The notes below the pieces were generated by a model. The model saw only the letters and a program-made list of their open reading frames with translations. It did not search any database and was not told the DNA's origin. This document shows positions 43,501 through 52,415 of a stretch of DNA of 64,000 nucleotides, piece after piece. Every line of letters begins with the position of its first letter. The stretch's first letter is position 1. A program made the translations under genes and the position numbers. Source of the stretch: Antedon mediterranea (taxonomy: Eukaryota > Animalia > Echinodermata); assembly GCF_964355755.1 (NCBI RefSeq), contig NC_092677.1, forward strand, positions 7,524,101 through 7,588,100, written 5' to 3'.

Positions 43501-46311
43501 GAGAAAAAGTGTTGCCATCAGACGTCGGCAGTACTCGGTGCCTTGTCCACATTATATGTGGCATGTTGATGGAAACCATAAGCTGATAAAATACAAAATA
43601 GTCATACACGGAGGAATAGATGGTTTTACAAGACTTGTTGTATTCATGAACATATCACCTAATATCCGAGCAACGACAGTCGAAGCCGGGTTTTTACAGG
43701 TAACTAACGAATTCGGTTGGCCCATTCGAGTACGCACTGACAAAGGCGGAGAAAACGCAATTGTATGGGACCATATGGCACCGGTGCATATGGTGTCTAA
43801 GAGAGGTGAATCTTCTGCTTTGCTTGGGAGTTCAGTCCACAACCAACCAATTGAACAGTTATGGGGGAGATTATAAATGACAGAGGTACTTCCCAATTCA
43901 AAGTATTATTTAGAGACATGGAAGTTGGGAGTTGGATGTTGAAAATGAAACGGACATCCTTTGTTTACACTGGGTTTTTTTACCATTAATACAAAACACA
44001 TTAACTGAACTAGCGAAGTCATTAAATAAAAGAAAATTGTCAACTGAAAAATAGCGCACACCTTTTCAGCTGGAGGCTGAATATATTCATCTGAAAAACC
44101 AATATGAGGTAAATCCAATTGCAACACATGGTGGTGTGGACTTTCCGTACTTGGATCCAACATCACTAGAGAGGCCACTCCAGCAGGTAACATGTGAGCA
44201 GTTTGAAGCTTTACCTGAAGAGGTCCTAGACAATTTGCGTAATCTTGGAGAAGCCCAGACCCTCAGTCAAGGCAGAGCCATGTACAGGGGTGCTGTTCGA
44301 GTGGTCTCGAATTACATGCTTTCATAACTGCAAGATACACGCCAAATCGAGTATCCATGACGATTGCTTTCAATTTATAGACCTAACTTTGATAGCCCCT
44401 TGTTATTACTTGCAAGCATACCTGCCCAAGGACGGGTTTCAAATGTCATTCCCAGTACAATTCTTATCACTTTGATACCGATCATTACCCACATAACTCT
44501 AGTATCTCCGTAATACTCACCCACCCCTACACTTCCTAACACCAGGGAGTTGTAATTACAACTCCCTGCACTCGGGTGACTTTTTGAAGTACAGTATATT
44601 GTTTAAAACCTTCCCAGGGTTAGGTTTGTTGATACGTATTACACGTGCACCATTTTTGTGGACGCGTGTATTAGCATTATTTTTGTAAAACCCAGCAAAC
44701 GCAAACTTACTAATTCTGTCTCGATTTATTTATGTGGTCTGTATTAAATTTAAAATATGTTTTGTTACAAATATGTAAATTTTGTATCTGTATATGTTTA
44801 TATGATTCTATATTTAAATTAACTGTTTTTAGTTTTTCTATCTAGTTAGGTTTTATATTTACTTTTGTTTTTAGTCGCACGAAAGCGACTCTATAGTTCA
44901 CTATGTCGGTCGGTCGGTCGGTCCGGTATCACTTTGCGTTTTATCGCGTTTTCTGTACTCTTTGAACTGCACGCGACTTACAGTGGCTGTTGGCCTTGTT
45001 TGCTATATGCTTTTGAAAGAAAAATGGTAAAGCACTTTCTTTACCTCGACTCACGAATCAAACGATTTAAATTGAAAACAGAGTCCGATGCTGTTGTTTG
45101 AATATAATAATGTTAAAAATGCTAGATATAAATGTTATGTTTCTATGCTTATTACAACTTCATGGTTGATTTTATTTATTAAACATTATTGCTAATTGCA
45201 AATAATTGTTTATAGGTTTACATTGTTCTTTGTACTTTTGATGTACGTATTCAGTCTTTGTTGGCTGGCTTGATAAGATTGATGTTAAATAAAAATGCAT
45301 TTTCCACTAATAAAATATGGAGTTGTATCGAGAGAGTAGGCCTATCGTAATTTCGGGCAGAATGGTTTTCGGTCTGGAAAGGTCATTATTACACTGTCTG
45401 GGGTGTTGATATTTATACATCGAATGTTTTATTGGCATTCAGTCCTGAACCTAGCCAACGTAGGCTACCTGGCCTACTTACTACTGTAGGTTAGAGGTTA
45501 TTAGGTTTCGCAGGGTGGATGACTGTTATAATAAAACTAACGTGAACAATTTTTTTGTAGTCAGTTCTTTAAATGTTTTTTTATCTTCAAATAACGGACA
45601 GCTTTCAGCATCATTATTTCTGCAATGATTATTATTATCTTAAAGATATATTGTCCCCTGAAAAAATGTTTTTTTAAATATTTTTGTTGAATATGTTATT
45701 TTAATGTCACATAATAGTTATTCACTTTCACAAAAAATTGGGTCTGCAAAAAAAATTAGTTACCTGAAAAAACTCTAATTTAAAGCAAAAAATGGTCAAA
45801 TTGTCTGGAAGCCAATGAGTTTTTGGGTAATTTAACTGTTTATTTTGTCTTTTTATAGTTGAAATAATTGTTTTTCCCTGTTCTTTTTTCTTATGGAAGT
45901 GAACAACTTCATTAAAACTGCATAATGGCCTATTCTTTATTTTTCATGATTTTGGGAGACAATACATCTTTAATTTTAAAATAAAGTATATACATTTTAT
46001 AAGATTAATAAATAATATTGTAAACGACAAAATATTAAATAGCCCCATTACTACAATTTTACTTAAGTAATAAGCAGGGCTATAATGAAAACCATTTTCC
46101 GATTTTTTGATATAGAATACATTATAATAATAATTATTACTGACGACGTAGATATTAAATTGTCAAAGTATGAATACTGATCATATCTGATATTTTCAGG
46201 GGTCCCTGATATTATAAAATAGATTAATATGATAGCAATAGAGACGGAGGCATGCTCAGCCATAATAACTGAACCAATAACAAATGTCAAAGATTCGCGC
46301 GCTGTCATCAT
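28368..46311 (-). CDS. SLC17: SLC17-family (sialin/VGLUT/NPT-like) MFS anion transporter, 9 coding exons, ~456 aa (first exon less certain)
   Basis: GT-AG exons with consistent phases: 46311-46141, 31784-31551, 31296-31209, 30877-30782, 30162-30062, 29607-29458, 29306-29174, 29031-28790, 28523-28368. Motifs YDWD..TQQTLLGAFYYGYTVMQIPGG, KWANVGERS, GGWPMSFY, IFTSKPVWAI, NAMDITDEYAGF, EQQVW. Confidence 0.9.
28790..29031 (-). CDS. SLC17: SLC17-like exon 8 (242 bp)
   Basis: CAG/GT boundaries; SGFNSASVLPNAMDITDEYAGFVAAATQTFASCTGIIIP. Confidence 0.92.
29174..29306 (-). CDS. SLC17: SLC17-like exon 7 (133 bp)
   Basis: TAG/GT boundaries; IGLLTSLPSFIAAVTGLLSAAVADYIIQQKYLSILKTRHLF. Confidence 0.9.
29458..29607 (-). 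CDS. SLC17: SLC17-like exon 6 (150 bp)
   Basis: CAG/GTGAG boundaries; IPLYDIFTSKPVWAIAVARF...EVPTFF. Confidence 0.92.
30062..30162 (-). CDS. SLC17: SLC17-like exon 5 (101 bp)
   Basis: AAG/GT boundaries; MFGAVLAILWITFVSESPAEQDEYI. Confidence 0.88.
30782..30877 (-). CDS. SLC17: SLC17-like exon 4 (96 bp)
   Basis: AAG/GT boundaries; GKAFGGVIASYTTGLICSSYKIGGWPMSFYIY. Confidence 0.9.
31209..31296 (-). CDS. SLC17: SLC17-like exon 3 (88 bp)
   Basis: TAG/GTATG boundaries; SMMIPAVFTLLSKWANVGERSVMVSIVFAG. Confidence 0.9.
31551..31784 (-). CDS. SLC17: SLC17-like exon 2 (234 bp)
   Basis: CAG/GT boundaries, phase 0-0; YDWDKMTQQTLLGAFYYGYTVMQIPGGILAVKLGGK...LRILDG. Confidence 0.92.
31793..31817 (+). mobile_element. 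Solo Tc1/pogo-like terminal inverted repeat
   Basis: TA followed by CAGTGAAACCTCGTGTAAGCGGACA, resembling pogo/Tigger-type ends; no partner found by eye. Confidence 0.55.
32866..33636. mobile_element. Mutator-like MITE, ~80-bp TIRs, 9-bp TSD
   Basis: TIR CGCCGTGGTTAGGATTCCGGCACCGGAACTC...; TSD AACAATTAA at 32857-32865 and 33637-33645. Confidence 0.92.
34518..37641. mobile_element. Second copy of the CAAGCCCGTAGCCAGG TIR element, right end deleted
   Basis: Left TIR at 34518; homology to copy 1 stops ~120 bp before the right TIR, exactly at the next element's end. Confidence 0.7.
35253..39166 (+). repeat. Copy 2 of duplicated segment (inside SLC17-like intron 1)
   Basis: Direct repeat of 1-2388, 3411-3497 and 4491-5946. 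Confidence 0.95.
37642..38338. mobile_element. Non-autonomous TIR element (Harbinger-like ends)
   Basis: AGGGCGCGTTTATACAACAC ... GTGTTGTATAAACACGACCT (17/20 match); no TSD; the right TIR is also at 5097-5116. Confidence 0.7.
39721..39873 (+). repeat. Dispersed repeat, second copy at ~50118-50266
   Basis: Shared GTAATCACTTCTTGTTGCTATACGC...GGGGTCCCCAACTTATGTACGAAAAAAAA. Confidence 0.85.
39936..42304 (+). pseudogene. 5'-truncated spliced gene fragment, probably TE-borne (5 phase-0 exons, Pro/acidic-rich linker)
   Basis: Exons ~39936-40085, 40216-40335, 40584-40691, 40841-40885, 42239-42304, all open with AG/GT sites: ...KIALRRSDSADEVREQMESIFGSMAYTFLQ|ILPGNKKLSKP...QGRIYSLALEE|TTN...SSSS|ESISEPPEPRSPPPI|ENVELSSEPRSPPPPPPELSFY. 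Confidence 0.7.
41312..42164 (+). mobile_element. Non-autonomous PIF/Harbinger element with Myb/SANT remnant
   Basis: TIR GGGCCTGTTTCTAT/ATAGAAACAGGCCC, 3-bp TSD TAT; internal KDHNNVSGNNSPFYDEMDAI resembles the Harbinger DNA-binding protein. Confidence 0.85.
42515..43205 (+). repeat. Tandem duplication of a ~351-bp unit rich in AAAATGGC motifs
   Basis: GATATGTTGTAGAATAGACATCACTGAATCC at 42515 and 42866. Confidence 0.9.
43265..44327 (+). pseudogene. Decayed IS3EU-type DDE integrase/transposase
   Basis: WHVDGNHKL..IHGGIDGFTR, RVRTDKGGEN, SVHNQPIEQLW. Continues after frameshifts as LDVENETDILCLHWVFLPLI...LSTEK*RTPFQL. Preceded by a TTTTCTGTTTAG acceptor. Confidence 0.85.
44868..45001 (+). mobile_element. 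Miniature Helentron/HINE-like element
   Basis: T-run + AGTCGC-ACGAAA-GCGACT stem-loop, (GTCG)n microsatellite, 3' GCGACT subTIR, ending GGCCTTGTTT. Confidence 0.7.
45644..45969. mobile_element. MITE with TTAA TSD (Kolobok-like AG...CT ends)
   Basis: TTAA-AGATATATTGTCCCC ... GGGAGACAATACATCT-TTAA. Confidence 0.8.
46141..46311 (-). CDS. SLC17: Probable first coding exon of the SLC17-like gene (TM1)
   Basis: AAAATGATG start; MMTARESLTFVIGSVIMAEHASVSIAIILIY aligns to SLC17 TM1 (..IVYALRVNLSVALV); phase-0 donor TCA|GTAATA matches the phase-0 acceptor at 31784. Confidence 0.6.
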
Positions 46312-46382
46312 TTTATAGCTTCACCCTCTGTCTTGCCTTTTTCACGTTTAAACTCCGCCTTCTAATTTAAATATTAAAACGG

Positions 46383-46444
46383 AGCCTACTCAAGCGTGGG
46401 ACAAAATGTTTAAAAAAAGGTTTTGTCCCACGCTTGAGTAGGCT
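46383..46444. repeat. Perfect 24-bp inverted repeat with 14-nt loop
   Basis: AGCCTACTCAAGCGTGGGACAAAA / TTTTGTCCCACGCTTGAGTAGGCT. Confidence 0.95.
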
Positions 46445-46450
46445 AGGCTA

Positions 46451-46942
46451 AAAAAATTCATTTTGTTGCCCAAAATGAATTTTGTCTACACAGAATGAAT
46501 TTTGTCTACACAGAATACATTTTGTCGCCACAAAATTAATTTTGTCGTTACAGAATGAATTTTGTCTACACAGAATTAATTTTGTCCACACAGAATTAAT
46601 TTTGTCTACACAAAATGAATGTTGTCGTTACAGAATGAATTTTGTCGCCACAAAATGAATTTTGTCGTTACAGAATGAATTTTGTTTACACAGAATTAAT
46701 TTTGTCAACACAGAATTAATTTTGTCTACACAGAATGAATTTTGTTTACACAGAATTAATTTTGTCGAGACAAAATAAATTTTTTCCACACAGAATAAAT
46801 TTTGTCAACAAAAAATGAATTTTGTCAATACAAAATGAATTTTGTGTTGACAAAATGAATTTTGTATTGACAAAATTAATTATGTGTAGACAAAATTGTA
46901 ATGTTTCGACAAAATTAGCAATGTCCCAAACGGCGCCCCGTA
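46451..46942. repeat. 20-bp minisatellite, probably the subterminal array and end of an IS3EU-type element
   Basis: ~19 copies of CAGAATGAATTTTGTCTACA-like unit, flipping orientation near 46840; terminates in ...GGCGCCCCGTA (TACGG on minus strand). Confidence 0.75.
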
Positions 46943-47053
46943 AAAAAGAATACATAATATACTGCATACCTACTACAGTTATATGTACATTGTTTAACAA
47001 CTGCTGTACAATTGTGTTTTTTGGTCACGCTTCATTGGTATACACGGTAGTTA

Positions 47054-48930
47054 TAGACTAGGCTATGAATGAGGTAGGTGCCACCCGGAGAGGTAGAAAT
47101 TCTCATATGACTTTTCTAGACCAGTTTTTTCTGGGGAATCCAAATATATTGGGTAAACGGGCTGTAACCTGAGAACTTTCGCGTGAGGGCGCTTTTTTCA
47201 AAATGGCTACCAGTTACAGTAGACTATGATATCTTGGCAACCACTGGTCATATAGAGGTGATTTTGGTGTCAAATTATTCGGAATGTACATGTTCCTATT
47301 TGATGTAATGGAACATTTTGTCAGAAAATGGCCGGAAATACCTCTATTGACCTTTGACCCAATATCTAACAGATATCATATCTCCGTAACTACTCGACAC
47401 AGAAAGTTGTAATTGGTGTCAAACTCTCCAGAATATAGATGTTTATATTCAGACTAATAGAAAATTATCTGTAAAAATGACCGGAAATAACGTTACTGAC
47501 CTTTGACCCAAAATGCAAGACATTTCTCCCATCTGATCACGTTAATCTTGTCAATTAATTCATTTTGTGCCAATTGGAGGTTGACATTCTCATATTATTT
47601 TCTTGACCAGTTTTTCATGTGCAATCCGAATATATGAGATAAATAAGCCATAACAATTAGGCCAAGAATTTAATTCTTTTACTACATACATGCTTCCCTT
47701 TAGTGTTTCAGACTGTATGTCGTGTATTAATCTTCAAGATCGCTCACATCACTGCAATCTGAAAAGTCTTCATATTCATTATGTGTAAACAGTTCCTGGA
47801 CATCAGTGGGAATCACTGTCTCAATCCATTTAGGCTCCATTTGTTCGTTCCATCCATTGTGTGTACTGTTGTTGACAAAATCATTGACGTCTGCTGATTG
47901 CCATTCTTTAGTAATGAAGTGTGGAAAACTTTCTGTTGAAGATATCATATCTTGCTTGATTTACACTTTTCCCCTTCACTCCATAAAATAGTGAAACATA
48001 CTCTTCAAATTCCTCATACAACTCTTTTGATGGAACATCTGACACTCCAAGGTTGCAGAATGTGTCAACAAATTTTGCTTTTGATTCCAGAAGCTTCCAG
48101 CAGGTACGTTTTCCTTTCCGAAAGAAAGCGGTGTTATAATCGTTACCTGTGAAAGCATGGAATCCAATAAGGGATGATTTCTGCGCTTTTGTTAAATCAA
48201 TGTCACTCAATTTCAGTACCTTTCGGTATTTCCCAATGTTTGTATCAATAATTACCCTCTGTCCATCATCTATGAAATGAGATAGTGCAATGACTGGAAT
48301 ATCAATGTCTCCAGAATGGGAACGAATTATTGCTACGCCTTGATTGTTATTTGTTAAAGCATGCTTTGCATGCAGGATGACTTTCGTGTAGGCTTCTTCT
48401 TCCGGCTACTATTAAGCTCCGGAACCAATACAACATCTCAGTTAGTAACGTAGATGTATTCTTTTGTACGATGAAAAGTAGATAACATCACTCCTCATAT
48501 CTGTTAGAATGCTTTCTTTCTTTGACACTAGTACACAGCGAATAAGCTCAATCAATCTGGTCTTGTTCTCGCCGTTGGCAAGGAAATTGTTGAAATCACG
48601 GGCCAACTTTGATATTGTTGAGCTTACAATTACTTTTGGTGCAAAGGTCAATAGAGGTATTTCCGGCCATTTTCTGACAAAAAATAGGAACATGTATATT
48701 CCAAACAATTTGACACCAAAATCAACTCTCTATGACCAGTGGTTGCCAAGATATCATAGTCTACTGTAACTGGCAGCCATTTTGAAAAAAGCGCCCTCAC
48801 GCGAAAGTTCTCAGGTTACAGCCCATTTACCCAATATATTTGGATTCCCCAGAAAAAAACTGGTCTAGAAAAGTTATATGAGAATCTCTACCTCTCCGGG
48901 TGGCACCTACCTCATTCATAGCCTAGTCTA
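47054..48930 (-). mobile_element. Internally deleted Academ DNA transposon
   Basis: ~300-bp TIRs starting TAG/ending CTA, 3-bp TSD TTA (47051-47053, 48931-48933), internal XPG-like coding remnants. Confidence 0.9.
47727..48630 (-). pseudogene. Frameshifted C-terminal XPG/PIN-like nuclease region of an Academ transposase
   Basis: FLANGENKTRLIELI, EEAYTKVILHAKHA, IRSHSGDIDIPVIA, GFHAFTGNDYNTAFFRKGK, acidic tail, spread over several frames. Confidence 0.8.
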
Positions 48931-49234
48931 TTAATGGAATCAGTGTAGAGTGTTGGCCATCAAAATACTAATTAAACAGTTAGATAGTAGTGAAAAAACA
49001 ATGCTTCTCCAATTCAATTCAACAACATCAATGGTGAGTGTTATTTATTCATCATTGGTCAGTTACGGACAGAATCAGCATTGGTCAATTACTGATAGAT
49101 TCAGAAATGGTAAATTAATTTCAATTTTCATTTATCAGACAGTTCAACACACCGTGAAACAGGTATTTTTTGTGAAACCCTTTAGAATATATTTTTATAT
49201 AATAAATAAAAGGAAATATCATGTCAATATTTTG

Positions 49235-49263
49235 TATTATTATTATTATTATTATTATTTATT
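49235..49263. repeat. (TAT)n microsatellite
   Basis: Direct reading. Confidence 0.9.
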
Positions 49264-52200
49264 GCCAAAAACCAGTTACAAACAAACAAAAACACAGAAA
49301 CTGGGGTTGAAAAAACCAGCTTATTCCCGATTTCCGTTCGCGTGATCCAATTAACTTTTGCCTCAGGCTACAAAAAATTCGAGGTAAAATGTTCACCAAA
49401 TTTGCAGGTTATTTCAGCGATAATCCAATTATACTCGGCCTTCGAGGATAATAAATCTCCGATAGAGGCAATGTGTCAAATTTTGACAAACGTTCGCTGC
49501 CTAGGCCCGTCATTTCTCCTACGAAGCTCTTCCATACATGCTTCGAGAGCGATCGTCAGCTGGTGCTGTCCTTGTTGGTGTAGACCGCTTAGTAGGCCTA
49601 GCTGGTCGGTGGTGTTTCCGTCGTGTAACATTGGGCTCAAATTCTTTGTCAATGAGTAAAATAATGGTCGTCAGGAGAAGGCATATTTCGGCAGGATTAT
49701 CGGCGTTAAGAGGCATAAGGTTTGTCGCAAGGATAAGCAGTGAAAGGTAGCAAGTAATTGTTATTGTAAAGAAAGATCGCGAGTAAAAAATATACAACAC
49801 GAAACTAGCGTGCGAAAATGGGGTCGTAGGTTGTAAAGACAACTGACCTTAAAACGTAATTTCCGGTTTGTGATTCGTCGATTAAGCATTTAAGCGGTTA
49901 AATATTTCAAGTACGAACAACGCTCAATTTATAACCCGAGGCATGGGTGAAATTAAGTGCTTATTTTAACCACCGTACGAACACGACCTTAGTTTAATGT
50001 CTTGCCTAGCTGTCGATTAGCCTCGACTCGACAAATTTTGTGTGAAGAAGAGTGCGCGAAGGCAATCGCGTGAATTGACTTAGAATCCTAGGCCTACAGT
50101 AGACTGTAGAAAGTATCGTATCGCAGTTGTGTAATCACTTCTTGTTGCTATACGCAATTGGGTGCACACGGAACAACAAATTTAACTGATGAATTATTCA
50201 TGTTTATTTTGTGACGTTTCATGAGGGGTCCCCAACTTATGTACGAAAAAAAAAATCGCCGCCCGGTCACGCTATCGTAGCGCCCGGTTGATAAAGCAAA
50301 CTGTTTATACGGCAGTTTTTACTAAATAAATTGCATAAAACGAACAATTAAATATCCAAAAAGTATTTAGCATGATGTTGGCATGTAGTTGATAACATTT
50401 TTTATCATGAAAATACTACCGGTGGTCCAGCCTTTGATTAGTGAAACCGTCACAAAAAGTTGTATACATCATATGCATCCCAGATACATCCACACTTATG
50501 GCGGCGCCCTACCACATGGACAATATTACTGTTGCAGGGAAAATCGCGGATTACTCATTCTTGTGATATATATTCTTTGCTATAGTGTAGTACCTAGAAG
50601 AAGTAAACAACACGTAAACGGCATTTGTAATACGAATTTTGGGGTCAGTTGAAAAGCAAATATTTGTAAGTAGCCCCTGTAAATAAATATAAATGTGTGA
50701 TTGCATGATAAACTTAAATTACCCGGTTAGACTTAGCACTTGACCTAGCCATCGATCGACATAAGCTCTCTGTGTCGCGTCGTCATCGTAGTTTCTGTAC
50801 CAAAGTTGCCAGTTTGTGTATAGTGTAGTCGTTTCGCCCCGGTTAACAATTAGTTGTTTATCTGAGTTTGGGCGGATTAGTGGATATTATAAACATTGAA
50901 ACGTTTGGAGGTTTTATACTTATTATTCCTTATTTATTTTCTTTTCATGAAATAGTTTTTATTTTAGATGTGTTTGTTTTATGACAGATTTATTGTTTTG
51001 CACCTCATCATAAATATTAATATTATTATTAGCAAAACAATACGCACTGCGCACTGACTGTTCTGATGGATGGTGAAGAATTTGTTTTTGTTTTGTTTTT
51101 TTGTCTTTTTGAATTGAAAAAACTACAAAGTTTGTTTTCTGTTTTGTTTTGTACTGTAGATTTCGTATAGTATTAGTAGGATATTGTTTGTTGTTGTAAA
51201 TAAATACAAAATAATGTGTTTTTATTAACCATATATAATATAAATGTTGTATTTAGATTTTTGTGAGCAATATATTATATTATATTTATTGTTTATGCAT
51301 AGGTAGGAATTGTCGGTCCTTACAACAAACTTGCATTCAATCTCAAACACATAACGTACGACGTAACTGTTTGTTATGATGTAACGATGACGCATGTGTG
51401 GCCGTTTGTAAAATAATGTTCACGTAACGCTGTGGATCGGATTTATTTTTAGTTTATTTTTGTTGTATACAAACATTGTCTTTCATTATTCCAGTATAGT
51501 ATGATTAATTAAATGCAATCTTCGCTTATATTTGGTGAAATGTAAGGCTCTACTTTAAATTTAAAGGCAAATGGGTGAATTTAAAATTCAGTAACTTATT
51601 TTTAAAATTTATAGGCCTACAATTATTTTCAAGAGACATACTACTGTAGTAGAGGGTTGACTAATAAAGTTGAATTAGTAAACAACATGTTTTTGTTTCA
51701 TATTTTTCGTTTTATTATCGAACATTTTGAAATTGAATTTAATCCATCCAATGATACGTACATTTATTTGATGCATTCATTTTGAAGCATAGAACCGACC
51801 GATCGACGGAAACCTGTCGTATTTAATAAAATATTAGAAATACCTCACCTGTGGCTGTGACACAGTCATTTCGACACCCACCGCGTGTCGCAGAGAATAT
51901 GTACATAGTACAGTACTGTTGATTTTTGTTGAGCCAGGCATAAGATCAAAGGACGATTTCCTGGTCCTAAGCATCGTGCTGTTTGGGTTTTTGCTGTTAG
52001 ATTGTTCGGGAAATGAAATGAACGCAAACTGAGACCAGGTTACAATCTCTCCACAGTTGGAATGAAAATTTAAAATTAAAGGTTAAATTTCCGTCGCTAT
52101 GACTATGCCAATGGTCATATAAATTCTACCTAGTTAAAAGGATGCTTCTTTAAATTAAATTTAAAATGATTTTTCTGTGGGAATATGTTTACTTCCATTT

Positions 52201-52415
52201 AGGAGTTCGATGGACTGGAAAAATTGTTGTCGACAGTGATAATAATTAATATCAAATATAATGAACGAATAATGAAACTATTCATTTACTTTTCATATAT
52301 TGTTCGTATAAAGATTAGTAGTAAGTCCTCCCTAAAATCTCTTAATAAATATTGCATCGGTGCTTCCCTGTATCCTAGCATTCTCAAGACATCTCTACAA
52401 CTACCACTACTAGAC

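Noticed and set aside
39180-46942. TACGG at 39180 and CCGTA at 46942 as paired ends of one IS3EU element
   Set aside because: No inverted similarity beyond 5 bp and no target-site duplication.
48950-50652. ORFs of 70-131 aa in the intergenic region
   Set aside because: Low complexity (poly-Tyr from a microsatellite), overlapping on both strands, no motifs or supporting splice structure.
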